Positions 38,915-51,100 of a DNA stretch of 64,000 nucleotides are shown here, one piece after another. Source of the DNA: Dimorphilus gyrociliatus (lineage: Eukaryota > Animalia > Annelida). Made by a program: the position numbers and the translations under genes. The DNA is taken from contig CAJFCJ010000003.1 of NCBI GenBank assembly GCA_904063045.1, forward strand, positions 2,466,504 to 2,530,503, read 5' to 3'. Within the stretch, counting starts at the first letter, position 1. Every line of letters begins with the position of its first letter. Under the pieces are notes generated by a model. That model saw only the letters and a program-made list of their open reading frames with translations, was not told the origin of the DNA and searched no databases.

Positions 38915-38986
38915 TTAGCATTGTATGTATATCAAGCGGCTGAAATTCGTTCAAATAAACGATTTTTAAGCTAGTAAACAAAAAGG

Positions 38987-40269
38987 ATGTCACGTAGTTT
39001 TAGTGCCAACCAGGTAAATTAATAGAGAAATTCATGTTTACTTAAAATACTTTCAGCAGTTCATTCTTTCCTCGAATTTTCATTGGTAAAGAATGCCCAT
39101 TTATACTGCATATAATAATTTAGCCGCTCGACAAACAAATAGGGATGTCTATTTTGATGTGAGTACTTCTAATTACTTCTTTTCTTATTGTTTTTCAGTA
39201 TCAAAGCGCTTTTGAGCCGAAAAAATTAAGGAATTGGGAAATACCATCTGAATTCCAACAGGTTTAATCCTCTATATTCAAACCCATAGATAACAGACAA
39301 AACTTTTCAAAAATTGTTTATTTTGCGCCTAGAGTAATAATTGTCCCTTTTACTTGCCTAAAGTTCTAATCCCTATTTTATGACAGATTAATTAATACAC
39401 TGGTGCCAGAAAACTATAGGTGGCGTTATTTAAATTATCTGAATGTTATCATGGGAAAATTGTACATTTATTTGGCTTTATAATTAATTAATCAATTCTA
39501 TTAAATAAATAAACAGAGACCGAGATGTTTGGATGGTTCAACTAGGATCATAGCGGACGATCGTGGTCGTATAAGGGATGGCGGAAAAAAGTCAAATGAA
39601 AATCCGTGGGGTAATTTTGTGGGTAATTGGGATATGCCTTCAAAACTTCCAGGCCCTAAAAATTGGATTAGACAAGCGGAATACGCCGGGCCAAGTGGTA
39701 AAATTGGAACAGCAAGATCACGTCATGCATTAGACATTTTGGATAAAAGTGCGGAATACACCGAATACCACATTAAAGGAGTGGCTAAAAATGAAAGTCG
39801 ACTTTCTTATAAGGTAAACCTACTAATTTGATTTATACTTATGAATATTTAAACAATTTTTTATAAGATATATTTAAATTAACAGAATCATCGCACCAGT
39901 GGAAGAAAACAATTGACTGATAGAGAAACTGAACTTAAACAGAAAATGCACGAAGTAGCTACTAACACTTCGCCAGTACCATCTAAAGTTGTAACCCCCA
40001 CGAAACAAGTTTCCCCAGTTGAGCTAACTGCAGCTTCTCCTGCTCAAAGCTTAACAAAGGCAATCTCTCCTGCTGGTTCAAAGAAGAGTGTAGCTTCACC
40101 GTTGGGCTCGGCCAGAGTCGCTGTTACCCCCTCCGGCAGGCCAATTGCTCCCACTCCGAATAAAGAACCAAGAGTAAAGATCAATGAAGATGCTAAAATG
40201 GAAGAAGAGAAAATTCCTTCTCCACCACTCTCACCAGCCACTCGGGCTTCTGTCTGTCGTAATCTTTAA
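38987..40269 (+). CDS. CFAP126: Flattop / CFAP126, exons 38987-39013, 39199-39261, 39517-39813, 39886-40269
   Basis: MSRSFSANQ|YQSAFEPKKLRNW ... GSTRIIADDRGRI ... NPWGNFVGNWDMP matches the Flattop signature (SANQYEKAF, TQIIANDRGHL, NPWGSFMGTWQMP). All introns are phase 0. Confidence 0.88.
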
Positions 40270-40584
40270 GAATAATCTGTTATATCATATCAATTCGCAT
40301 TTTCTCTTAGAAATACACTATAATAATACCCTTTTAACAATAAATATAAAGCAAACGTTACTTTTTACCTTCTTTGGGGAATATGCATGCTAAGAAACAA
40401 ATTAATCAATTCCGTTGAGAATAATCGTCTTCACGTGATAACGTTTCCAGCTAACTTTAATAGCATTTCTGATATAAAGTGAAATATTACCAACGAAATC
40501 GATAAAGGAAACGTCCAATTACATTCGTTTGGCAGTTGTATATGTACAAAAAAATTTTAATCAAACGCCCCTACGACTCATCTC

Positions 40585-42811
40585 ATGGGAGTTATAAATT
40601 TTTATGCCTCCTATGTTAAGTTAATCAATCAACCTATCGATTGTGAGTAGAACAAAACAAGGAAGGAGGAGAGCAGCAGAAGAACAAGCTTTTAAATATT
40701 TTTCAGATAATAATTACCTAAATAGATTGACAATGTTACATAGAGAACAGTCTGTAGCTAGTCGATCATCCGTGGATAGCTATTGTCCGCCATCGTTGGA
40801 TGTTGTACATAGAACAATAGTTGTAACAGCTACGCAAGCATCAATGGATGTTAAAACTTTTCGAGTAACCTCACCAAAATTATCGGAGAAAACCAATTTT
40901 CATAAGCTACAATCTATAGCTTCCGATCTATTGAGAAGTTGGGGAATTAAGGAGTCAGATGTTCGCGGCTTCAAAGAATTCCGCAAATTATTGAATGAGA
41001 AATATGTAAAAGATTCGGTGAGGAGGACAAATGAATTTTTACAATTGGAAAATGTTTGCGAAAGAGCCAGAATGTTCGATAATCTAGTTAGTAAGGTTAA
41101 AGAAAAGATCGAAATTGCTGGCAGAAGTGATATCAAAAAATACTGTCTAAGTTTAATACGAGAGGCTGACGCTTATAATATTAAGCTTGCTAGGTAAGTG
41201 ATAGACTTAAAAAATTCATTATCATAAAAATTACTACCCAACTACATTTCCTGGTATTCTAAAGTACACATCTTTATGTTTATTTGAATATCTATGCTTT
41301 TAGTGCCTGTCTTTACTTACACTAACTTTGATTAATTACATCTCCAAAAATAGGCCTATGGGTCTTTAAATATATTAAGTGTACTTACTGTTTAATAACC
41401 AGGGAATATGACGAAAGAATATTTATTTACAAGCGTAAAATTGATGAAAGATTGGATAAGATGGACGAAGTGTGGGCAGAATATGAAGATTTAAAGAGTC
41501 CTTTTGTTTTTAGTTATGTAGGCTGTGGAAATTTAACGTGGAAGTTAATGGATGAATTTTGTACAATTGCTTCTGATGTCAGTGAAATGATTAGGAAATG
41601 GATATACGAAGACAAGACTTATACAACAAAATTATGGGATGAAATTGTTCAAACAAATGGTCAAAAAAACAAACTTCTTGAATTAATTAAAAGAAATAAG
41701 AGAAAAATGGAAGATTTTGCAAAAGTTGTCAAGAAAAATGATGATTCTTTTAAAAAACTAAATAAATCTTTAAAAATTTCAAAGAAACAATACGATACTG
41801 AAAAAAATAAATTCGATAGTCTGGTTGAAGATCTTCATCATTTACAAGAGTTAACTAAACTTGAGGAAGGACAATTAAAAGGTTTTATTTATGATTATAT
41901 ATGTAGATACTGTATGTACAAGGGTAAGGTTCAAGCATGCGTTTCCATTAATTATAATGGTAAATTTTACATTTTATAAAACCATTTTTAAGCAAAGATA
42001 TAGCCAATCGTATCTTCCAAAATACGAATAGTTTTATTCAATTTTCATCAGTCGATCGTTTGAATTGACAATACAAAATCAATACATTTCTGAAGAGGTC
42101 CTAAGGAAAGGCATACTACTTATCAATTGATCTGTTTGTGTATAGAACAAAAAGCTGAAACGATTAGCTTTTGCTATAGCTGTGATGAGCAAAAATTATG
42201 AAATGTTTTGGATATGCGTTCACCTATTAGGATAGTTTAGTATCAGGCAAACTATGTCCAGGGAAACGTTCCTTACTCTTACTAATTTATATATTTGCTT
42301 GTTTGTTATAAATCTTTAATATAGACTTTTTTCATAGTTCACGAGAATATTGTCAATACAAGAAACTTTAACTCTCCTACTTTGTTGGATATTTTATGGG
42401 CGAAAATTGATCATTGCAGAGAAACGATAGAGCATTTAAATGATCAGACAAAAAGAATAGAAAATACTCTTAATAAAAGTAGAGAAAATTTAGAAGAGGT
42501 TCAAAAGAAGTTGGAAAACGCTAAACAAAAGATGAGCGAAGAAGTAAAGGATACGAAAGGAAATAACCTGAAGGTTGGGGATATCGAAAAAACCATTAAA
42601 CATCTCGAGGAAGAAGTAGAAATAAAAGAGAAGAAATTGCTAGCTCTAAAAAAGCTGAGGAATATGAAATTATCCCCAAAAATGATTAAAATACTCCATT
42701 ACAGTCGAAATGACAATTTATTCTTTTCTTATTCAGGTAAGATACTATAATAAACAGTAATCATTTCCAATTTCCCTTCTGCTATCTATATTCCTTTGTC
42801 TGTCTATCGGT

Positions 42812-42848
<37 letters not shown>

Positions 42849-42895
42849 ATTTTCTATTTTAAAAAACAGATTTAAACGACGAGATGCTTACCTAA
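40585..42895 (+). CDS. Uncharacterised coiled-coil protein, exons 40585-40642, 40704-41193, 41403-41881, 42338-42736, 42870-42895
   Basis: GT-AG introns join ORF-track fragments in frame. Exon 1 ends at a GTGAGT donor. The C-terminal half is heptad-rich (EVQKKLENAKQKMSEE...). First and last exons are less certain. Confidence 0.7.
42815..42845. repeat. (TC)n microsatellite in an intron
   Basis: About 15 TC units; similar tracts at about 21166, 55066 and 63502. Confidence 0.9.
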
Positions 42896-44526
42896 AATAA
42901 TAATAGAGAAAAGAAGATACTACAATCGACTTGAATCGATTAAAGCCAAGGATTTATATTTCATGAGAAATATTTGAAAATCAATTGCTCTCAAGATGAA
43001 ATATTACTGATACTCAATAAAAAGGATATTTGCAAGTTTGATTACTTAATTTTGATACTTATTTTCTTTTATCACTGGCATAAAAATTCCTTTAATATTA
43101 ATAAAGTTTTAATTAGATTTAACTTATTTACCCTTACATTTATTAACAGCATATGTTAAATTTTTATATCATCTTTTTTAAATGATGATAGATGTCGCTA
43201 CTTGTTAAAAAAAAGCTAACAGAGAAAATTAGTAATTTTCGTGGTATTTTATATATATATACTGTATGTTATAAATAGTTGTTGCATAATGATGTACTAG
43301 ATAACATTCAAAGTGCAAAAGTACATATTTTGAAGAAAGATTGTAATTTATAAGAAACATAACCTTTCCTCTCAACAAGAGAAAGTTGGAGACAAGCAAT
43401 TTGGTGGATATATCCCAAGGCCAGACACAATTCGGAATATAAATCCAAAAGACGATTTGATTATATAAACAACTAAACAATCATTATAAATTCTATCTCT
43501 ATTCAATCCTTAATTTAATTATTGAATATAAAGAGAAAAGAAATGAAAGATACCATCTGATAATCATTTCTTATTAGGCATATCAATTAAAATATTGTAA
43601 TAAAATGAAAGCCTATAAAAACAAAGTCGGCAAAAGAAGAAAATCGATTTTTGAGATTCCAAGCAAAATTATTATCGAAAAGAAAAAAATAAGTGATTTT
43701 TTTTCTCTCTTCCTGTCTTTTCTTATCTTAAGAAAAAACTATAATCGAAATCAGAATTTTCTCAGTTATATGTAGTTTTTATATGTATTTGTAAACAAAA
43801 TGCTCTCTTTTCTTTCCCTTTTTCTCTTTCTTTTGTTTTCTACCTCATTTCATTTCCATCGTTTTCTCATGCAATTTTTGTCAGGCTTTCAATACATTTT
43901 CTCTTTATGAAATTAAACAAAAAATTGAGAGAAGAGCACGAACAGAAAACAACAGAGCAATAATATTTTACAATACAATGTTAGTTTATTTACTATAATT
44001 TTCAATTATCATCTTTATATTTCTTTATTATAGCAAAGTTAATTAACAGTTTTCTGTATACTTTTCTGTCGCATAAATATATACGTGTACGATACTCTGT
44101 TTCCCCTTCTCTCTCCCTCTCTCACTCTCTCCACTCTCTAAGAAATTTTAAATAGAAATGTTAAAAAGAAATATGATTTAGACTTAAAAATCATCTATTT
44201 TCTTTAATAATTACATTCTATTTTGAGCAGTAAGAGTATTTTCTCAAATATTAGCATCATTTTTTGTTTCTAAAAAAAGAAAGTCAAAAGAGGTCATCAC
44301 TTTTTTTTATATCAATGGAAAAGTAGATGGAAAATCCTATACTAAAGAATAAATACGGTTGAGAAGTAAAAAAAACCCAAAAGATATGAATAATAATCTT
44401 ATTTATTCAAAAATCACATTATCTTGTATAAAAAAAAATCAAACAAATAGATATTACCACATTTATAGATGTAAATATGTATATATTGTATTTATAGTTG
44501 GTTTTAATACATTTTTAATGGTTAAT

Positions 44527-44534
44527 AGATGGCG
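44527..44534 (+). promoter_or_regulatory. CTCF-like core
   Basis: ATAGATGGCGTT between the convergent coiled-coil and LRR-Ig genes. Confidence 0.4.
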
Positions 44535-45259
44535 TTGTTTGAAATAGGACGTTCCCCGAGTGAATTTCTTTTAGTTTATATTTTTTACAGATTTTTTTTT
44601 GCGATATAAGATCAACAATAAAAACGATCCAATTACAATATTAAGCTTTGAAAAATAGAGTTACAATGTTCTCAGGTCCCAGACTTGATAAAAAATGCAT
44701 GAATTATCTTGTTATCTTATAATAAATTGTTTTTTTTGTCTGTTTTAATAGAGAATATTTTCTATTAAAGAGAAATGGAAGAACAGTTTGGAAAAAAATT
44801 TTGTAATAGAAAAGAAAGCAAGGAGGAAGGAGTATGATTAATATTTCTCTCTTTTTTTTTGTAAGCATTATCATCGTGATCGTCGTCGTTGTTATTATTG
44901 TTGCTGTTGTTTTTCTTATTACTGTTCAATTTGTATTTCCACGTAAACCGAAAAATTTCTCTTTCTTAAATGTTGAAATTTTCTCTCCATCTACAGTAAT
45001 TTGCCAATAAATTGAATGGCTCTATCAAGTGGACTTAAGAACGTTACACATGATCGGGGGCAATCCTTTATCTGACGCACTGAACATTATAGAAGCGTTA
45101 TATTTTTATCCGTCAATCCTTTATTATTCTCAGAACGTCACCTTTTTCTCTCTTTTTTCCCTCTTATTTTTCTTTTCCTCCTATTGTACCATTCTTCCTT
45201 CTTTTTATTCATTCGTATTCATTCTCTATTTTCTTTTCCACAATCAACATTGTTGACTG

Positions 45260-46648
45260 TTAGACAGCAGTACCAACCGCCTCCTCTTCCGTCCAATTAT
45301 TTTTCAATAGGTCGGGAGTCGAATTTGGTGTCTCAGCATGCTTATGTGTAATAGAATCGATTTGTTGGAGGGGGGATGCGGTTGCATCCTCTTCACATTT
45401 TGACCCAGCAGATTCGGCTCCCTGATTTTGAATTCTATAGACGCCGCTTAAGCGTCGCCTTTTAATAATTCTCAACATTAAAATACTTATTATACTACAT
45501 AAAATCACAAGAAGAAAGCAGGTTAAACTGGCACTTAAAGCCCTTAATTTCTTTTTTTCCCAATTAGACTCGGCACGCATTGAACTGGACCCAGACAAAG
45601 ATATTGTCACTTCCGACCGACCAGCTGAATTCAAGGATACACACTTGTATAAACCAATATCTTTTTCAGTCATATTAATAATTTTTAGGCTGCTGTTATA
45701 ATGAAAAATATCTAACGCTTTTTTGAAAGTTCTCCAAAAGGTTATTCTGTTCCTTTTGGAAGGTGTCACCCGTAAATTCTTCTTATACCATGTTACTTCC
45801 GGTTGCGGATCACCAGTTGATAAGCAATTCAAGGTTGCATTGACGGAGACGTACGAAGTATATCTGATGATAGTTGGAGCGCAAGCAAAATTAGTGGAAT
45901 TTAATTCCGTCCACCTAACACCTTTTAATAATTCTGGATTTTGGCACCTTGGAATTCTATTACCAAAAGTCCAACTAATTTTCAGCTTGTTATTCGTCAA
46001 AAATTGCAGAAGCCATCTCAATTTGCAGTCACATATCCATTTATTATGGTGTAATCTGAACACTGTTAACGATTTCGGTAGAATTGTAGTCGATATCAGA
46101 CCTTTAAGTTCATTACCAATAACATTTAATTCTGTGAGACTTTTCAAATTCTTAAGAGAGTTTGGCTGAATGAAGCGGATATGACAGTGGGATATATCTA
46201 GTTTCAGTAAACGGGCCAAATTTTTAAAACTGAATTCATCAATTCTATTAATATAATTATAACTTAAAATAATTTCTCGGAGTTTAGGCGTATACTCTAA
46301 AGCTGTCGTTGGTATACTTTCCAAGCGATTTCGGCTTAAATCCAATATTTGAAGATTCTCAACTGGAAAAAATAGTCTATACGGTATAGATTTGAGCTGG
46401 TTTTTCTTCAAATAGATTTCTTGCAGTTGAAAGTAACGGACGAATGATACGGAGGAGATAGAAGTTAGATGATTTGATTCACATCGGAGAACTTTAATTT
46501 GTGAATCAAGATCGGTCGGAATTTCATTAAGATTCAAATTATTACAACGAGCGCTTAATTGATTATTTACTGTATATATTTCACAACTGTGAGATAAAAC
46601 TTTTATCATAAAGCTTGAAAGAAGAAGAAGAAGAATTGTTGATTTCAT
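45260..46648 (-). CDS. Kekkon-like LRR-Ig single-pass membrane protein (intronless CDS)
   Basis: Signal peptide, LRRNT, about 6-7 LRRs, LRRCT (NKWICDCKLRWL...PRCQNP...FACAP), one Ig (ATLNCLSTGDPQPEVTW...DIGLYKC), TM, cytoplasmic PDLL and a C-terminal GTAV PDZ-ligand-like end. Confidence 0.85.
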   Translation of the reverse strand: MKSTILLLLLSSFMIKVLSHSCEIYTVNNQLSARCNNLNLNEIPTDLDSQIKVLRCESNHLTSISSVSFVRYFQLQEIYLKKNQLKSIPYRLFFPVENLQILDLSRNRLESIPTTALEYTPKLREIILSYNYINRIDEFSFKNLARLLKLDISHCHIRFIQPNSLKNLKSLTELNVIGNELKGLISTTILPKSLTVFRLHHNKWICDCKLRWLLQFLTNNKLKISWTFGNRIPRCQNPELLKGVRWTELNSTNFACAPTIIRYTSYVSVNATLNCLSTGDPQPEVTWYKKNLRVTPSKRNRITFWRTFKKALDIFHYNSSLKIINMTEKDIGLYKCVSLNSAGRSEVTISLSGSSSMRAESNWEKKKLRALSASLTCFLLVILCSIISILMLRIIKRRRLSGVYRIQNQGAESAGSKCEEDATASPLQQIDSITHKHAETPNSTPDLLKNNWTEEEAVGTAV

Positions 46649-49600
46649 GATTTCATAATTGATTAACTTCTGAGTGTTTATCCATACTGATCGATTTATC
46701 CTTCTATGACCAATAGATCGTTTTTAAGAAACCTAAAGAAAAATAAGTGAACGTTAATTTAAGCGTTTAAGTAAAAGCGGAACTAATGGTATATCTAGAA
46801 CTTGATGAACCCCTGTTGTGCTATTATATCTCTCTTCTCCCTTAGATTTATTTTATTGGTAACTTCTAAAACACATGTATATTTATTTCACACATTGCTG
46901 TAGCGTATTCTACTTTGTTGCTGTTAATAAATGTCAGAATACGAGGAGAGATCAAGTAATTACACGAGCTAATATCTTTGTAAATAGAAAACGTTAAGGC
47001 TGTTTTGTTGAAATAAAACGAAAGTCGGAATAAAAGAATGTAAAATTCAATTATCGAAATCTATTAAAAATTCCACTCGTTTCAATCAATAAAACACTAG
47101 CCCCTAATTATCTTTATTTCTTCTATTATAATTTTCTTTCTCTTGTCCTTCCCATTCCTTTTCTTTTTTTTCTTTCTTCCTCTGTTTTCCTCTTTTACAA
47201 GAAATTTCTGTTTCATGTTTCTTCTTTGCCTCTCTTGTGAACCGTAAATCATTTCTATTCATTTCTTAAAGTTTCATTATTGAAACTTTCGTTTCAAATA
47301 GTACGCAACTAAAAATTAAAGAAATTGGTCTCTGATTGACAAACGAGCTCCGTAATTAACTAATAGGCCTATGCTAATGGCTGTTTGTCCTTTTACGGCA
47401 AGATAAAAAGAGAAACGTCAATATTAAAGAGTATGTTAAGATTTTAAATTCAACTTATTTCTCTTCATTTTAACCTTTGTCCAATATCCTGCCCTTGTTT
47501 TTATTTATACTTTGATAGATTAACTTAAACCCAAGATACAATATATCAATATTGTTTCTAGACCAAATGATTAAAAAGCTAATTTACACTACTTCTAAGA
47601 ACCCATTATCATATCTGGTTATTTAGCATGACTTACATCATAAGTTATCTAGAAGGATATCGGGAAATAATTACTAGTATAATTAGGTAATTTGGAACTC
47701 GGAAAATACCGACCTGTCGAAACGAGCTTTTACGCGTATAATTAAATGGTAATTCTGCTAGAGGATCTTTTTGACAAACGACCGTCTTCGAGGAGAGACG
47801 CTTTAGACGCTGATACTGTACAGTTTATTAAAACACGACGTGAAAATCGAAGTCTGCTTGATTGATAGGTGCAACGTTTTTCGTATGGAAATTGAAAAAA
47901 ATTGCAGTGTTACTTCCAATGAATGATTTTACTGAATCAACCAACAGCTTCCGTTCTTAATTTTTTCATTATATAAAAAAAATCAACCTTTTTGCATCTC
48001 CAAAAAAAAAAGAAACATACAAAAATCAACATAAAAATAAATGCAAAATCAATTAACGGCTTTTCATATTTCACTCTCTCAATGATTTCCAAGTTTTCTT
48101 CACCTTATCATCATTAATATTAATAAATTAGCTAATTATATCGATAAATAAATAAATTAACCATTACTTGTAAATAATTCAATTGTTTTTACCATTTATA
48201 TCACAAAACATAAAAAGAACCATAATTTAAAGCTTAATAATTATGTAACTTCCGCTTACTCTGGGACATTTTTAACGTTCAATAAAAAATCATTAATTTT
48301 TATAATAAAAAAAAAAGAAAGCAGACTAAATATAGATTTAACTAAAAACAAAAAAAGGACTTATAATATTTTCTTACAATTGGAATATGCTTAAAAACTT
48401 AAAAATTTCTATGTCTATAATTACATTAGATATTTTTAAATCTTTCATCTAAATTTAGAATTAACCTCAATTGTAGAGATTTATGTCTTACTTCTTTCTT
48501 ATTTCTCCTATTCAGTGTTATATTTGTACTGCAATGATACCTAAGTTTAAAGCTATTTATCTGCACTTAAATAAAACTAAATAGGGTACAGAGATCTGTC
48601 AAATAACAGTTATACTTTCTATTTTGTTTATGCTTTCTATCAAATAGTAATACTAACAGAAAGACCTTAATTCCTTAATAAGAAATATAATATGAAAAGA
48701 GAAAAAGAAGATAACATTGGGGATTAAGAGATGGAAAAATGAAGAAAAGAAATATCTGCTCTTCATTTATCTAATTGCAGAAGAGTGTAATTACTGGTGC
48801 TGATTATAAATGAGTTTATGACGGAAAAATCGTTATAAAACCGATCGTATTGATTTATGTTTAAAAAAAGGGAAGGAGAGAAAACGGAAGAAAAGGAAAG
48901 AGAAAGAAAGATAGAGAGGGAGGAGATAGCGAGACAAACAGAATGAATGAAAGAGAAAAAAAATCACGCTTTACCTGAACATCTCTTAACTATTTTAATA
49001 GTTTAATTAGATTTAGTCGAGTAGGGATTGCATTCAAAATTTAAAAAAAGAAAATTACCATCCTTTTCCCCTACTATAGAGATTAGTCACGCTACCGTGT
49101 TGTCTTTATGAAATAATGCATTTTTTTGTTATTGTTTACTAATAATCAATAGTTTGTTAGGCAAAGTGTAAATAACGTTTACTATTTACTTTATAGTATT
49201 ATCTATATTTAGGAAATATTGAGTTGGTTTTGCTATCCGAAAAAAATTCGTTAATAGTAAATTCTCGTCTCGTCGCAACGCTTCATCAAAAGCTCACTTT
49301 TCGCTTTATACCATTGCTAGTCATTAATAATTGCTCAAGCTTGACCGTCCTGACTCAACAAAAGCATTTTGACAACTACTGACAAATTACATACGGAAAA
49401 AATAAACCAGTTTTGACATAATATCATTTCATTGAATGACTTTACACCTTTCGTTCGTTCCCTTCCTCTGCCGTTAACGCCTTCTTACCCTTTTTCCATC
49501 TTTCTTCCTCCCTACCCCCTCTCTCATTCTCTTGCCCTCTCTTACTCTTGCTCTTTCTTATTCTCACTCTCTTTATCTTTAATTGCCAGAGAACGAATTA

Positions 49601-50934
49601 TTGCCTTAAATAAAAATAAAATGTGGAAAATGTAGCACTGGTCTCTGGGTTATGTTTCAAGTGCACACATACAGAAGAAAATAACGAAGAATGCTCTTTT
49701 CTACTATGATACGCTCTTGTATATGTACCAAAATATACTTATTTTACCTAATGTTTTCTGGTTTATTTAGAAATAGCCGATGATTGAATTCTTTGACAAA
49801 CCACTGACAAACAATGAGAAAATCAATCAGAGCAAGAGCAAATATCTTATGGGTTTTACAGAGTGATCATAACGATTTACAATTTTTCTTCCTCATTATA
49901 CCTTAAATTGACATTCAAACAGATTTATAATTGGCTTATTATATTGATAAATCTATTTTTCTTTATTTGACCAAATGATAATAAACTGCACAGAAAAGAA
50001 AAGAAATAGATATAGAAAAAGTTACTGAATTCTTTTAGCCGCGTCGTAGCTAATAATAGAAGATTGCAATTGACTGCACTTTCTGACAAACTATATAGTG
50101 ACAAACAGTGGAAAAACTTCAAGTGATGCAATAACAATTTCTTTTCTCCTTCGCTACCATTTCCCTTCGATTGCGTTAATGCATACGTGGCGAATGTGAT
50201 CTTTGAGTAAAGCAAATTCTCTTACAAAAACTAACCGACAAACAAACATTGACTTTAAACAGCCGTTGGATACGAAAGGAATTTCCTTTCTTCCTTCCTT
50301 CTGCGAACTTCAAGGGAGAATACCACCTACACAAGTAATTAATATAAATTCGTAAAACTCGTCAGAAGTTCTGTAGTCCTTGCTCCCCCATAACATTTCG
50401 ATATTTGATTTTTTGTAGGAAGAGCTATCATTCCTCCTATCGTTCGTTTAAAGATACTATGTGAAAAAGAACCATTAAAGAAGAATAAAAAGAGCAGGAG
50501 AATGGAAGGTAGAGAGAGAGCGTGTAAGAAAGCGAAAGAAAGAGAGATGTACTAGTTTATTTCATCCTTCAGTCCATCATAAACGCCTAGTCATTAATTA
50601 TTAGTAAAGCCTACCAATAACTCGACCCCTGACAAACCACTTAAATACTGTTTTTTTTACAATCTCTATCCTACTTTGTAATATTAATCGACAAGTTTTC
50701 GTTCTTATATTATCAAAACTTTTTCCTCTTTAAGTAACGGTTAAAGGAGGGAGGAAAGCGTCGAAGCGTTAAATTTTAACAAGATTGATAGCTGTTGAGA
50801 AATTTTAATTTCAAAACCCATTCACTTAACTGTTATTATCCTCTGTAGATGATTTTATTTGCTTTGTAATAATCGTTTAATTCCGAAAAGAAAGCTGGTC
50901 AATAAAGTCTAAAAAAAAAAGAAAATAAACTTAC

Positions 50935-51100
50935 GTCTTTCAGAAGAGATTTGTATAGGACTTGGCTACTTGCTCAACTCAGATAAGAAAGATAAATTCG
51001 GTGACGCCCGTGACGACGTTGATTAAAGTGACGCTAACAGATGTTAGTGGCGCCTCTATCGTGATTTCTGCCGCGGCTTTTACCCTTTTTGTTTATTCGA
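50935..51100 (-). other. Putative non-coding 5' exon of the LRR-Ig gene
   Basis: Strong donor GAC|GTAAGT at 50934, a second donor CAG|GTAAAG near 48974, and an acceptor ttatttttctttag at 46733 just upstream of the CDS. All frames are closed before the donor. The 5' limit is unknown. Confidence 0.45.

Noticed and set aside
40643-40703. ORF-track GTG start MSRTKQGRRR, and the GTG/TTG starts at 15653, 10140 and 60647
   Set aside because: These are intron or UTR read-through. At 40643 the GTG is the GTGAGT donor of a 61-nt intron.
45723-46169. 148-aa plus-strand ORF and similar antisense ORFs (1900-2118, 22593-22958, 40044-40241, 62690-62932)
   Set aside because: These are shadows of real CDSs on the opposite strand, with no independent protein features.
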